Shown: positions 25,251 through 40,130, counted from the stretch's first letter. The stretch is 64,000 nt of DNA from Eledone cirrhosa (GCA_964016885.1 OZ024760.1:35030001-35094000), one strand, 5' to 3'. Notes: generated from the letters alone by a model not told the origin. Numbers and translations: made by a program.

Positions 25251-26029
25251 CCCCAACCCCTCCCCTCCTCTCCTCTGGCTACACTATATAGGACAGCTAA
25301 ACTTACCAACACCAGAAACTAGATACACCACCCACCCCATCATCTGTGTACACTAAACACAACAGCCAGATAACGACACATTTTCACCTTCACCTCCACC
25401 GCTCACTACGGCCATCATTACCACCACTATCCCATCACCGCCGCCACCACCCCTTGACTCCGCTACAGCACCATCACTACAGTAATACGGTCACATCACC
25501 GCCACCACTGCCTCGGTATCGACATCACCACCACCACTGTCTCAGTATCGCTAACGCCGCCAGTCTCCCACTTCCCCCTGCTGGCTGCTACTTCCACATT
25601 ATAGAATTCCTACTACTAACAAAGAGGAAGGCATCAAAATATATAGATAGACCCAAAAGAAAAAAGAAAAAACAAACAACAAAACCAAAGCAGCACAGCA
25701 ACAACAGCAAAAAACGAGAAAAACAAACAGAGAAAAACAAAAACAAAAAAAAGAAACCCCAAAAACGTAAAGAAAATAAGAATGAAGAGAGAAGCAGGCG
25801 GACGGACAGAGAAGAGGGGGGAAAAAGTAAAACTTAAAAAACTAAAACTAAGTCAGACATTCGAACACTACATTACAATGAAACTTATGCTTATTCATTT
25901 TTGGGGCCCTTTCTGCCTGTGTGTTTGTTTGTTTATGTGTGTTCGTATACAGCGTGGTGATAATGCCACACAAGGGCCAAGTGGAACGGCGAATCCACAG
26001 ATGGCTATGTAACCATACATTCGCCAATC

Positions 26030-27146
26030 CGCGTATAGGAGAAATACAAAAGATAGTACTAATGGGAACTGCCCATATACTAAGGAAGATCCTGTCAATA
26101 TAAGTACATCACAAGTCTAAACACTAAGGATGCATGTGTGAATATGTATGTTCTTTCTTGAACATGGCGGACCTTGTTGTCTCTTGAGGTCACTGGTTGT
26201 GACTTGGTGATAACTCGTATAAACATAAAGCAAGATAAATGCAAATAATAATAATAATAATAATAACTATAATAATAATAATAAAAACAAAAATGTATCT
26301 ATAAAAACATTTGAAAAATTGAGCAAGTATAAGGACCTGGAGATAGAAATTGGAAAAATGTGGAAATTGAGAACTAAAACAATACCAGTGGTTGTAGGCG
26401 CTCTGGGAATGATACCTAAGGGGTCTAACGACTACTTATCGCAAATCCCAGGAAACCCGCGTATAGGAGAAATACAAAAGATAGTACTAATGGGAACTGC
26501 CCATATACTAAGGAAGATCCTGTCAATATAAGTACATCACAAGTCTAAACACTAAGGATGCATGTGTGAATATGTATGTTCTTTCTTGAACATGGCGGAC
26601 CTTGTTGTCTCTTGAGGTCACTGGTTGTGACTTGGTGATAACTCGTATAAACATAAAGCAAGATAAATGCAAATAATAATAATAATAATAATAACTATAA
26701 TAATAATAATAAAAACAAAAATGTATCTATAAAAACATTTGAAAAATTGAGCAAGTATAAGGACCTGGAGATAGAAATTGGAAAAATGTGGAAATTGAGA
26801 ACTAAAACAATACCAGTGGTTGTAGGCGCTCTGGGAATGATACCTAAGGGGTCTAACGACTACTTATCGCAAATCCCAGGAAACCCGCGTATAGGAGAAA
26901 TACAAAAGATAGTACTAATGGGAACTGCCCATATACTAAGGAAGATCCTGTCAATATAAGTACATCACAAGTCTAAACACTAAGGATGCATGTGTGAATA
27001 TGTATGTTCTTTCTTGAACATGGCGGACCTTGTTGTCTCTTGAGGTCACTGGTTGTGACTTGGTGATAACTCGTATAAACATAAAGCAAGATAAATGCAA
27101 ATAATAATAATAATAATAATAACTATAATAATAATAATAAAAACAA
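26030..27146 (+). repeat. About 2.6 identical tandem copies (428-bp period) of the family A 3' end
   Basis: Identical ORFs at 26319 and 26747; the same interrupted tail (AAT)n-AACTAT-(AAT)n-AAAAAC in each copy. Confidence 0.9.
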
Positions 27147-27382
27147 AAACTAAGTCAGACATTCGAACACTACATTACAATGAAACTTATGCTTATTCAT
27201 TTTTGGGGCCCTTTCTGCCTGTGTGTTTGTTTGTTTATGTGTGTTCGTATACAGCGTGGTGATAATGCCACACAAGGGCCAAGTGGAACGGCGAATCCAC
27301 AGATGGCTATGTAACCATACATTCGCCAATCCTCGATAAGAGTGTTTAAATATCGAACATAAAGAGTTCGAATAACGGTGAA

Positions 27383-30262
27383 ATGGAGACTAGAACATCA
27401 TGTGACAGACTCTCACCCAACAGGTGCCCCCTGGCTCAGCAGCAGGAACCTGACTGTCAACCAAATACTGCTGATGTTGGAGGAAGAAGAAGAAGGAAAG
27501 GGGCCAGAACCAACTGGACGAAAGAATTGAATAGAACTGTTATGCAATGTTACCTGAAAAGTAACCCCAAGGAGAGGGGCTACAGGAGACGGATGCATAA
27601 CATCTGGAACGAGATTGGTCTATTTAAATTAGATGAACAAAAATTGGCCGGGCAGGCTCGGGTAATAAGAACTAATGGGTGGATAAGCGAGCTGGAACTG
27701 GAGGAACTGAGCAGAGAGAATGGCTTGGAGATGGCGGGTGTAGTATGCCAGACAAGCGAGCCAGTGGGAAATGAAGGTGAAGAGGTCCTGAGAACGGAGG
27801 AACCACCCGAAGCAGACAATGATCTGAATACTGAGATAAATAATACCTGGAACAGAGATACGGCCACTCAGGAGATGAATGCTGACGGGCTAGGACAAGA
27901 TTCGGTTGACATCCTACATTTAGTGGTAGATGAATTGAACAATGATAGTGGGAGACCTATGAACCTAAGATTTGTAGACAGGAAAAAGTTAAAAGAAACA
28001 ACAGCTAAGGTAAACAAAGTCATCCCATACCTTGAGGCGAGGAGCCTTCACCAGTGCAATAATATCCTCAAAGCAACAGCAAATACGGTGAGGAAACTAC
28101 TTGGTATAAAAGCGAGAGGAAACAACAGACAAGAAAGAGCAGAGCCGTGGTGGAAGAAACGACTGAGTGGTCAAATCGGGGAAATGAGAAATGACATAGG
28201 AAAGCTTGAGTCACTACTGAATGGGACACTAAAAAACATAGGTACTAAAAATAGACTGGAAATAAAGTACAAAACTAGGAGGAAAAAGCTAAATATTATC
28301 ATAGAGGAACTGAAGCAACGCATTGTAGCAAAGAGTGCAAAAATCAGGCGATACGAGAACAGAGTCAGTCAGTATAAACAGAACCGCATGTTCGACAACA
28401 ACCAGAAGATGCTGTTTGGACAGCTTGAGGGGAAAGAAAGAGGCAACGACTTGATCCCTGGGGCGGAGCAAACTAAAACGTTCTGGAGAGGAATATGGGA
28501 GCAGGATGTTAGACATAATGTCCAGGCAGGGTGGATTGAGACAGTACAGAGGGAGATCGGTGAGCAGGCACACCAACAAACTGATTTGAGTATCACAGTT
28601 GAAACTCTTAAGGGGCAGGCCAAAAAACTAACCAACTGGAAATCACCAGGCCCAGATGGTGTGCAGGGGTATTGGATTAAAAATTTAACATCCCTCCACC
28701 CGAAGCTGACGGCTATGTTCAATGACTGCTTGGTGTCGGGTGAGGTGCCAGAGTGGTTGACAAAAGGTACCACAGTTCTGATAATGAAAGACCGAATCAA
28801 GGGTAATGATGTTACCAACTATAGACCTATCACATGTCTGTCCGTAATGTGGAAACTGTTGACGAGCATTGTGTCTGAGGAAATCTACCATCACCTCCAC
28901 ACAAACAACTTGTTACCGGACGAACAGAAAGGATGCCGAAAGAAGTCACGTGGTACAAAGGACCAGTTACTTATTGATAAGATGGTAATGGGGAATTGCA
29001 GGAGGAGACACACTGATCTTGCCATGGGATGGATAGACTACAGAAAGGCATTTGACATGGTGCCTCATTCTTGGATCACCAAAAGCCTGGAGATCTTCAG
29101 GGTGGCAGATAACATCAGACAGTTGCTGGGCAGGAGTATGGGGTCCTGGGAGACAGAGTTGACATCAACTGGAGTATCCTTGGGAAGCGTGAAGATCAAG
29201 AGAGGTATCTTCCATGGAGATAGCCTGTCCCCTCTGTTGTTTGTCCTTGCCCTGGTGCCCTTGACCATTATGCTGCGAAAAGTGAGAGCAGGATACAAGT
29301 TGGGAAAGGGAGAGCTTACCATCAATCACCTCCTCTTCATGGACGATCTTAAGCTCTTCGGGAAAAGTGAGAAGGAGTTGGATGTGCTTGTTGACACTGT
29401 CCGTATTTTCAGCAGTGATATATGTATGCAGTTTGGTATTAGTAAATGTGGAGTCATTGTGATGAGGAGAGGTAGATTGAGCAGAAGTAACGGGATCCAT
29501 ATACCAACAGGTGAGATGATAAAGGAAATTGACTCTGAGGAAGGATACAAGTATTTGGGCGTTCTGGAGGCTGATGGCATAAAGAACAAAAAAATGAAGG
29601 AATTGTTAAGAACTGAATACATTCGGAGAGTAAGGAGCGTATTGAAGTCACATCTGAACAGCAGAAATGCCATAAGCGCAGTAAATTCCCGAGCTGTGTC
29701 TATTATTAGGTACAGTGCGGGAATTCTGAGATGGAATGTTGCTGAACAAAAAGAAATGGATAGGAAGACTAGGAAGCTATTGACTATCTACAACATGTTC
29801 CACAAGAGGAGTGATGTCGATAGACTCTACCTAAGGAGATCTGAGGGTGGAAGAGGTCTTATCAGCATAGCGGACTGTGTTCAGATGGAGAAAAACAACC
29901 TATACAAATACGTGACCTATAGTAAGGAGCCAATGCTCAGAACTGTACTGAAGGAGGGGACAGTAGGCCAGGGGATGTCCAAGGAGGAAATAACATCAAG
30001 GAGGAAGAGCAGCCTTAAGGGAAAATCCCTTCATAGTACCTTCTTTGAGAAAACTGAATTTAGAGATCCACAGACATGGAACTGGTTGAGAAGAGGAGAC
30101 CTCAAAAAGGCTACAGAAGGAATGCTAATGGCTGCGCAGGAGCAGGCCCTCAAAACTAAGTGGTTGAAGCACCATATTTACAAGGAGGAGGCTAGCCCAC
30201 TGTGCAGGATCTGTGGAGAGAGGAGACTGTGGCTCACATTGTGTCCGTGTGTAAACACCTAG
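27383..30262 (+). pseudogene. B1 RT polyprotein (959-aa open piece; frameshift before the REL domain)
   Basis: KSPGPDG, YRPITCL, FHGDSLSP, FMDDLK, YKYLG, GGRGL; the REL domain continues in 30202-30723. Confidence 0.85.
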
Positions 30263-30869
30263 CCCAGACCCACTATAAGGGCTGGAGACACGATGTGATG
30301 GGCAGGGTGATCCACTGGCACCTGTGCAAAGTAAACAATTTACCACATTCTGAGAAATGGTATGAGCATAGGCCAGTGATGGAGAACAATCAGGTGAAGG
30401 TGCTGTGGGATTTTAGGATACAGACGGACAAAAAACTGGAACACAATAGACCTGACCTGGTGGTTGTGGACAAAGAAAAAAGATCGTGTCTGATTGTGGA
30501 TGTGGCCTGCCCTTTCGATACGAGAGTGCAAGAGAAGGAGAGGGAGAAAATTAACCGATACCAGGACCTAAAGTGGGAGGTGAAAAGGATTTGGAACTGC
30601 CATGAAGTCAAAGTGATCCCGATTGTCATAGGCGCACTGCGGACTATCTCCAAAAGTTTCCAGGGATGGTTAAAGAAAATCGGCCCCTTCACGCTTTTTG
30701 GATGCTTCAAAAGGCATGCTTGATGGGAACAGCAAGAACCCTCCGATACGTCCTGAATATCTGAGGCTGCAGGTAGTGGCTTGATATTCATGCCAACGGA
30801 CTTTCCAGTTAACCAACATCAATGACTGAGATTCAAGGAATAACAACAATAATATAATAATAATAATAA

Positions 30870-31780
30870 TATTGTTATATCGCTCAAATATTCAATTGTG
30901 TATTATACATTTTATATTCAAAAAAGAAAATGGTTATAAATGGAAGAAAACCCCCTCTGTCTACACTATATAGAACAGCCAAATAACAGCAACTTCACCA
31001 ACACCAGAAACTAGATACACCACCTACCCCATCACCCCTCTGTGTACACTAAATACAACAGCCAGATAACGGCAATTTCACCACCACCACCACCAATCCC
31101 AGCATAATAATAATAATTACTATTATTATTGTCTCAAGTTTTCACAAAATGTTTAATTCCAATATTAAGTTAATATGTCAACACATATATTAAACATACG
31201 CGAAAAACGCATAGATACACAGATCAAACAAAACTACAGTCTATTCAACAAAACTCAGTAACGAAAACGCCATCACTATAGTCACCGCCGCCACCACTCC
31301 ATCCATCATTGCTACCATCACTATTCCCCCATTACCTTCTGTTAACTTAAGAAAGGGGAAGGTGGCCGTATCACTAGACAAGGGAGAGGCTAGCAAAAGA
31401 TATAAATAGATTGACTTAGTGACCCGGCCACCGGCCAAACGTCAACGACTATGGCACTGCTGGCTCCCCCTTCCCCACCAACAATAGAAAAACCCCCAGC
31501 ACCACCACCGACATAGCCAACAACAATAACAGGCAACTTCAGCAAAAAGTATATTATATTATTAATAATTTCATTTTTAAGCCACGGAATGCTCACATTA
31601 AGGAACCACTCATGATAATAACAATTTAAAAAACAACAAAAAAGAAAACCCCGTGACCAAGAAATACCGGGATGGCGGCCGGCGGGGAATAGCCGTGTCT
31701 CTAGGGGAGGACGACCCCTCTAGTCTTGGTTGACACTCGTCCTAACTTACGAAAGGGGAAGGTGGCGGTATCACTAGACA
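30870..31780 (+). mobile_element. Orphan family A 5' UTR fused to the start of B2
   Basis: Colinear with 12885-13881 and 17855-18926 up to CTCGTCCTA, then switches to the family B UTR. Confidence 0.8.
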
Positions 31781-34700
31781 ATATTAATAAACAATATTAA
31801 TATTTAATTTTGGATCAGGAATATTGGAGTCGAAAGGGAGGAAAATGGCAAAATGACTAAATAGCTAATTAGCTAAAGATAATTTCACCACCAACACCAC
31901 CACCACTACCACGCTAAAAACTCTGGTCAAGTTGCCTCAACCTCTATTTCTACTTCAACTTCAACACCATCACTACAGCACTACGATCACATCACCACCA
32001 CCACTGCCTCATTATCGCTACCGCCACTATTCTCTCCCACTACCTCCTGCTAGGTACTACTAGCACAGCACCTCCACCACTTCCTCATTATCACAACCGC
32101 CGCTATTCTCTCCCACTACCTCCTGCTACATCGTAGTGTACCCACTAAAAGAGGAAGGCATCAAAATATATAAATAGACTGAATTGATGACCCGGTCAAA
32201 ATCCAAAAACCAAAATCAAAATCAAAGCAGCACAGCAACAACGAAAAACGTAAAGAAAAGAAAAATGAAGAGAAGAACAAACAGACGGACAGAGAAGGGA
32301 AGGGAAAAACTAAGTCAGACACTCAAACATTACATTACAATGAAACTTATGCTTATTCATTTTTGGTTTTTTTTTTGCCTGTTTGTTTGTTTATTTATGT
32401 TCGTCTACAGCGTGATAATGCCACACAAAAATCACCGGGAGTGACGAAATCACCGGTGGTTATGTAACCATACATTCGCCAATCCTCGATAAGAGTGTTT
32501 AAATGTCGAACCTAAACAGTTCGAATAACGGTGAAGTGGAGACTAGAATGTCATGTGACAGACTCTCACCCAACAGGTGCTCCCTGTCAACCAAATACTG
32601 CTGGTGTCGGAGGAAGAAGAAGAAGGAAAGGGACCAGAACCAACTGGACGAAAGAATTGAATAGAACTGTTATGCAATGTTACCTGAAGAGTAACCCCAA
32701 GGAGAAAGGCTATAGGAAACGGATGCATAGCATCTGGAACGAGATTGGTCTATTTAAATTAGATGAACAAAAATTGGCCGGGCAGGCTCGGGTAATAAGA
32801 ACTAATGGGTGGATAAGCGAGCTGGAACTGGAGGAACTGAGCAGAGAGATTAGATTGGAGATGAAGAGTGGAGTATGCGAGGCAAACGAGCCAGTGGGAA
32901 ATGAAGGTGAAGAGGTCGAGAGAACGGAGGAACCATCCGAAGCAGACAATTATCTGAATGCTGAAATAAATAATACCTGGAACAGAGATACGGCCACTGA
33001 GGAGATGAATGCTGACGGGCTAGGAGAAGATTTGGTTGATATCCTAAACTTAGTGGTAGATGAATTGAACAATGATAGTGGGAAACCTATGAACCTAAGA
33101 TTTGTAAACAGGAAAAAGTTAAAAGAAACAACAGCTAAGGTAAACAAAGTCATGCCATACCTTGAGGCGAGGAGCCTTCACCAGTTCAACAATATCCTCA
33201 AAGCAACAGCAAATACGGTGAGGAAATTACTTGGTATAAAAGAGAGAGGAAACAACAAACAAGAAAGATCAGAGCCTTGGTGGAAGAAACGACTGAGTGG
33301 TCAAATCAGGGAAATGAGAAATGACATTGAAAAGCTTGAGTCCCTACTGAATGGGACACTAAAAAACATAGACACTAAAAATAGACTGGAAATAAAGTAC
33401 AAAACTAGGAGGAAAAAGCTAAATATTATCATAGAGGAACTGAAGCAACGCATTGTAGCAAAGAGTGCAAAAATCAGGCGATACGAGAACAGAGTCAGTC
33501 AGTATAGACAGAACCGCATGTTTGACAACAACCAGAAGATGCTGTTTGGACAGCTTGAAGGGAAAGAAAGAGGCAACGACTTGATCCCTGAGGCAGAACA
33601 AACTAAAACATTCTGGAGAGGAATATGGGAGCAGGATGTTAAACATAATGACCAGGCAGTGTAGATTGAGACAGTACAGAAGGAGATTAGTGAACAGGCA
33701 CACCAACAAACTGATTTGAGTATCACAGTTGAAACTCTTAAGGGGTAGGCCAAAAAACTAACCAACTGGAAATCACCAGGCCCAGATGGTGTGCAGGGGT
33801 ATTGGATTAAAAATATAACATCCCTCCACCCGAAACTGACAACCATGTTCAATGACTGCTTGATGTCAGGTGAGGTACCAGAGTGGTTGACAAAAGGTAC
33901 CACAGTTCTAATAATGAAAGACCGAATCAAGGGTAATGAATGTTACCAGCTATAGACCTATCATATGTCTGTCCGTAATGTGGAAACTGTTGACAAGCAT
34001 TATGTCTGAGGAAATCTATCATCACCTCCACACAAACAACTTGTTACCGGACGAACAGAAAGGATGCCGAAAGAAGTCCCGTGGTACAAAGGACCAGTTA
34101 CTTATTGATAAGATGGTAATGAGGAATTGCAAGAGGAGACACACTGGTCTTGCCATGGGATGGATAGACTACAAAAAGGCATTTGACATGGTGCCTTATT
34201 CTTGGATCACCAAAAGCCTGGAGATCTTCAAGGCGGCAGATAACATCAGACGGTTGTTAGGCAAAAGTATGAAGTCCTGGGAAACAGAGTTAACATCAGC
34301 TGGAGAATCCTTGGGAAGCGTGAAGATCAAGAGAGGTATCTTCCATGGAGATAGTCTGTCCCCTCTGTTGTTTGTCCTTGCCCTGATGCCCCTGACCAGT
34401 GTACTGCGAAAAGTGAGAGCAGGATACAGGTTGGGAAAGGGAGGGCTTACCATCAATCACCTCCTCTTTATGGAGGATCTTAAGCTCTTCGGGAAGAATG
34501 AGAAGGAGTTGTGCTTGTTGACACTGTCCGTATTTTCAGCAATGTTATATGTATGCAATTTGGGATTAGTAAGTGTGGAGTCCTTGTGATGAAGATGGGT
34601 AAATTGAGCAGAAGTAACGGAATCCAGGTACGAAGAGGTGAGATGATAAAGGAAATTGACACTGAAGAAGGATACAAGTGTTTGGATGTTCTGGAGGCTG

Positions 34701-35978
34701 ATGACATCAAGAAGAAAAAAATGAAGGAATTGATAAGAACTGAATACATTCGGAGAGTAAGGAGCCTATTAAAGTCACATCTGAACAGTAGGAATGCCAT
34801 AAGTGCAGTAAATTCCCGAGCTGTGTCTATTATTAGGTACAGTGCGGGAATTCTGAGATGGAATGTTGCTGAACAAAAAGAAATGGATAGGAAGACTAGG
34901 AAGCTATTGACTATCTACAACATGTTCCACAAGAGGAGTGATGTCGATAGACTCTACTTAAGGAGATCTGAAGGTGGAAGAGGTCTTATCAGCATAGATG
35001 ACTGTGTTCAGATGGAAAAAAACAACCTACACAAATACGTGACTGATAGTAAGGAGCCAATGCTCAGAACTGTACTGAAGGAGAGGACAATAGACCAGGG
35101 GATGTCCAAGGAGGAAATAACATCAAGGAGAAAGAGCAGCCTTCAGGAAAAATCCCTTCATAGTACCTTCTTTGAGAAAACTGAATTCAGAGATCCACAG
35201 ACATGGAACTGGTTGAAAAGAGGAGACCTTAAAAAGGCTACAGAAGGAATGTTAATGGCTGCGCAAGAGCAGGCCCTCAAAACGAAGGGGTTGAAACACC
35301 ATATTTACAAGGAGGGGGCTAGCCCACTGTGCAGGATCTGTGGAGAGAGAGAGGAGACTGTGGCTCACATTGTATCCGAGTGTAAACACCTAGCCCCGAC
35401 TCACTATAAGGGCTGGAGACATGATATGATAGGCAGGGTGATCCACTGGCACCTATGCAAAGTAAACAATTTACCACATTCTGAGAAGTGGTATGAGCAT
35501 AAGCCAGAGTCAGTGATAGAAAACGATCAGGTGAAGGTGCTGTGGGATTTTAGGATACAGACGGACAAGAAACTGGAACAAAATAGACCTGACCTGGTGG
35601 TTGTGGACAAAGAAAAAAGATCGTGCCTGATTGTGGATGTGGCCTGCCCATTCGACACGAGAGTGCAAGAGAAGGAGAGGGAGAAAATTAACCGATACCA
35701 GGACTTAAAGTGGGAGGTAAAAAGGATTTGGAACTGCCATGAAGTCAAAGTGGTCCCGATTGTCATAGGCGCAATAGGTACTATCTCAAAAAGTTTCCAG
35801 GGATGGTTAAAGAAAATTGGCCCCTTCACGCTTTTTGGAACGCTTCAAAAGGCATGCTAGCTGGGAACAGCAAGAACCCTCCGATACGTCCTGAATATCT
35901 GAGGCTGCAGGTAGTGGCTTGATATTCATTTCAACAAACTTTCCAGTTAACTAACATCAATGACTGAGACTCAAAGAG
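31781..35978 (+). mobile_element. Dong/R4-type family B copy B2, ORF disrupted
   Basis: ORF pieces 32531-33664, 33936-34589 and 34511-35860; (AAT)n tail. Confidence 0.88.
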
Positions 35979-36010
35979 TAATAATAATAATAATAACAAT
36001 AATAATAATA

Positions 36011-39000
36011 TGGTGGATATATATCGTTATGGAATCGCTCCCGTAAGCTTTTGATTTTTACTTATTTAAAACAACTGTGATAGAATAATTCTTATTACAA
36101 ATGAAGTATAAGATTACAGTTTTGACGCTCAACAAGCGTCAACGCATCACATTACGGCATAGGGCCCCAATATTTAATATTTAATTTTGGATCAGAAATG
36201 TTATAGTCGAAAAAGAGAAAAATGGCTAAGTGGACAGACAGGCAACTAATTTCACCACCAACACCACCGCCGCCACCATCACCACTACCACGCCAAAAAC
36301 TCTAGTCAAGTTACCTCAACTTCTATTTCTACTTCAACTTCAACACCATCACTACAGTACTACGATCACATGACCACCATCACTGCCTCATTATCGCTAC
36401 CGCCGCTATTATCTCCCACTACCTCCTGCTAAGACAGGCATCGCAGTATTCCCACTAAAAGAGGAAGGCGTCAAAAGATATAAATAGACGGATTTGATGA
36501 CCCGGTCAAAAAATCAAAAAACCAAAAATCAAAATCAAAACAGCACAGCAGCATCGAAAAACGTAAAGAAAAGAAAAAAAAAAGAAAAACAAACAGACAG
36601 ACAAGAAAAAAAAAAATAAGTCAGACATTCAAACATTACATTACAATGAAACTTATGCTTATTCTTTTTTTTTTTTTTTACCTCTTTATTTGTTTGTTTA
36701 TTTATGTTCGTCTACAGCGTGATAGTGCCACCCTAAAACCACCGGGGGTGATGAAATCACCGGTGGTTATGTAACCATACATTCACCAATCCTCGATAAG
36801 AGTGTTTAAATGTCGAACCTAAACAGTTCGAATAACGGTGAAGTGGAGACTGGAATGTCATGTGACAGACTCTCACCCAGCAGGTGCTCCCTGGCTCAGC
36901 AGCAGGAACCTGGCTATCAACCAAATACTGCTGTTGTCGGGGGAAGAAGAAGAAGGAAAGGGACCAGAACCAACTGGACGAAAGAATTGAATAGAACTGT
37001 TATGCAATGTTACCTGAAGAGTACCCCCAAGGAGAAAGGCTATAGGAAACGGATGTATGACATCTGGAACGAGATTGGTCTATTTAAATTAGATGAACAA
37101 AAATTGGCCGGGCAGGCTCGGGAAATAAGAACTAATGGGTGGATAAGCGAGCTGGAACTGGAGGAACTGAGCAGAGAGATTAGGTTGGAAATGAAGAGTG
37201 GAGTATTCCAGGCAAACGAGCCAGTGGGAAATGAAGGTGAGAGGTTGAGAGAACGGAGGAACCATCCGAAGCAGACAATGATCTGAATGCTGAAATAAAT
37301 AATACCTGGAACAAAGATACGGCCATTGAGGAGATGAATGCTGACGGGCTAGGAGAAGATTTGGTTGATATCCTAAACTTAGTGGTAGATGAAATGAACA
37401 ATGATAGTGGGAAACCTATGAACCTAAGATTTGTAGACAGGAAAAAGTTAAAAGAAACAACAGCTAAGGTAAACAAAGTCATCCCATACCTTGAGGCGAG
37501 GAGCCTTCATCAGTGCAACAATATCCTCAAAGCAACAGCAAATGCGGTGAGGAAAATACTTGGCATAAAAGCAAGAGGAAACAACAAACAAGAAAGATCA
37601 GAACCTTGGTGGAAGAAACGACTGAATGGTCAAATCAAGGAAATGACAAATGACATTGGAAAGCTTGAGTCCCTACTGAATGGGACACTAAAAAACATAG
37701 ACACTAAAAATAGACTGGAAATAAAGTACAAAACTAGGAGGAAAAAGCTAAATATTTTCATAGAGGAACTGAAGCAACGCATTGTAGCAAAGAGTGCAAA
37801 AATTAGGCGATACGAGAGCAGAGTCAGTCAGTATGGGCAGAACCGCATGTTTGACAACAACCAGAAGATGCTGTTTGGACAGCTTGAAGAGAAAGAAAGA
37901 GGCAACGACTTGATCCCTGAGGCGGAACAAACTAAGACATTCTGGAGAGGAATATGGGAGCAGGATGTTAAACATAATGACCAGGCAGTGTGGATTGAGA
38001 CAGTACAAAAGGAGATTAGTGAACAGGCACACCAACAAACTGATTTGAGTATCACAGTTGAAACTCTTAAGGGGCAGGCCAAAAAACTAACCAACTGGAA
38101 ATCACCAGGCCCAGATGGTGTGCAGGGGTATTGGATTAAAAATATAACATCCCTCCACCCGAAACTGACAACCATGTTCAATGACTGCTTGATGTCAGGT
38201 GATGTACCAGAGTGGTTGACAAAAAGTACCACAGTTCTGGTAATGAAAGACCAAATCAAGGGTAATGATGTTACCAACTATAGACCTATCACATGTCTGT
38301 CCGTGATGTGGAAACTGTTGACAAGCAGTGTGTCTGAGGAAATCTACCATTACCTCCACACAAACAACTTGTTACCGGACGAACAGAAAGGATGCCGAAA
38401 GAAGTCCCGTGGTACAAAGGACCAGTTACTTATTGATAAGATGGTAATGAGGAATTGCAAGAGGAGACACACTGGTCTTGCCATGGGATGGATAGACTAC
38501 AAAAAGGCATCTGACATGGTGCCTCATTCTTGGATCACCAAAAGCCTAGAGATCTTCAAGGTGGCAGTTAACATCAGACAGTTGTTGAGCAAAAGTATGA
38601 AGTCCTGGAAAACAGAATTAACATCAGCTGGAGAATCCTTGGGAGGCGTGAAGATCAAGAGAGGTATATTCCAGGGAGATAGTTTGTCCCCTCTGTTGTT
38701 TGTCGTTGCCTTGATGCCCCTGACCATTATACTGCGAAAAGTGAGAGCAGGATACAAGCTGGGAAAGGGAGAGCTTAAGCTCTTCGGGAAGAGTGAGAAG
38801 GAGTTGGATGTGCTTGTTGACACTGTCCGTATTTTCAGCAATGATATATGTATGCAATTTGGTATTAGTAAGTGCGGTGTCCTTGTGACGAAGAGGGGTA
38901 AATTGAGCAGAAGCAACTGAATCCAGGTACCAACAGGTGAGATGATAAAGGAAATTGACATTAAAGTCACATCTGAACAGTCGGAATGCCATAAGTGCAG

Positions 39001-40130
39001 TAAATTCCCGAGCTGTGTCTATTATTAGGTACAGTGCGGGAATTCTGAGATGGAATGTTGCTGAACAAAAAGAAATGGATAGGAAGACTAGGAAGCTATT
39101 GACTATCTACAACATGTTCCACAAGAGGAGTGATGTGAAGGTGAAAGAGGTCTTATCAGCATAGAGGACTGTGTTCAGATGGAGAAAAACAACCTACACA
39201 AATACGTGACTGATAGTAAGGCGCCAATGCTCATAATTGTACTGAAGGAGAGGACAATAGACCAGGGGATGTCCAAGGAGGAAATAACAACAAGGAGAAA
39301 GAGCAGCCCTCATGAAAAATCCCTTCATAGTACCTTCTTTGAGAAAACTGAATTCAGAGATCCACAGACTTGGAACTGGTTGAAAAGAGGAGACTTTAAA
39401 AAGGATACAGAAGGAATGCTAATGGCTGCGCAAGAGCAGGCCCTCAAAACGAAGTGGCTGAATCACCATATTTACAAGGAGGAGGCTATCCCACTGTGCA
39501 GGATCTGTGGAGAGAGAGAGGAGACTGTGGCTCACATTGTATCCGAGTGTAAATACCTAGCCCAGACTCACTATAAAGGCTGGAGACATGATGTGATAGG
39601 CAGGGTGATCCACTGGCACCTATGCAAAGTAAACAATTTACCACATTCTGAGAAGTGGTATGAGCATAAGCCAGAGTCGGTGATAGAAAACGATCAGGTG
39701 AAGGTGCTGTGGGATTTTAAGAAACTGGAACACAATAGACCTGACCTGGTGGTTTGGGACAAGGAAAAAAGATCGTGCCTGATTGTGGATGTGGACTTCC
39801 CATTCGACACGAGAGTGCAAGAGAAGGAGAGGGAGAAAATTAACCGATACCAGGACTTAAAGTGGGAGGTAAAAAGGATTTGGAACTGCCATGAAGTCAA
39901 AGTGGTCCCGATTGTCATAGGCGCACTAGGTACTATCTTAAAATGTTTCCAGGGATGGTTAAAGAAAATTGGCCCCGCCCAGCTTTGGGGAACACTTCAA
40001 AAGGCATGCTTGCTGGGAACAGCAAGAACCCTCCGATACGTCCTGAATATCTGAGGCTGCAGGTAGTGGCTTGATATTCATTTCAACAAACTTTCCAGTT
40101 AACTAACATCAATGACTGAGTCTCAAAGAA
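36011..40130 (+). mobile_element. Full-length Dong/R4-type family B copy B3, ORF disrupted by deletions
   Basis: ORF pieces 36810-37286, 37334-38920, 38955-39164 and 39179-40054; (AAT)n on both sides. Confidence 0.88.

Larger units (their letters stand above)
25250..30838 (+). mobile_element. Dong/R4-type family B copy B1 (5' UTR interrupted by the 428-bp array)
   Basis: UTR segment 25845-26030 is repeated at 27146-27331; ORF 27383-30262 plus 30202-30723. Confidence 0.85.
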
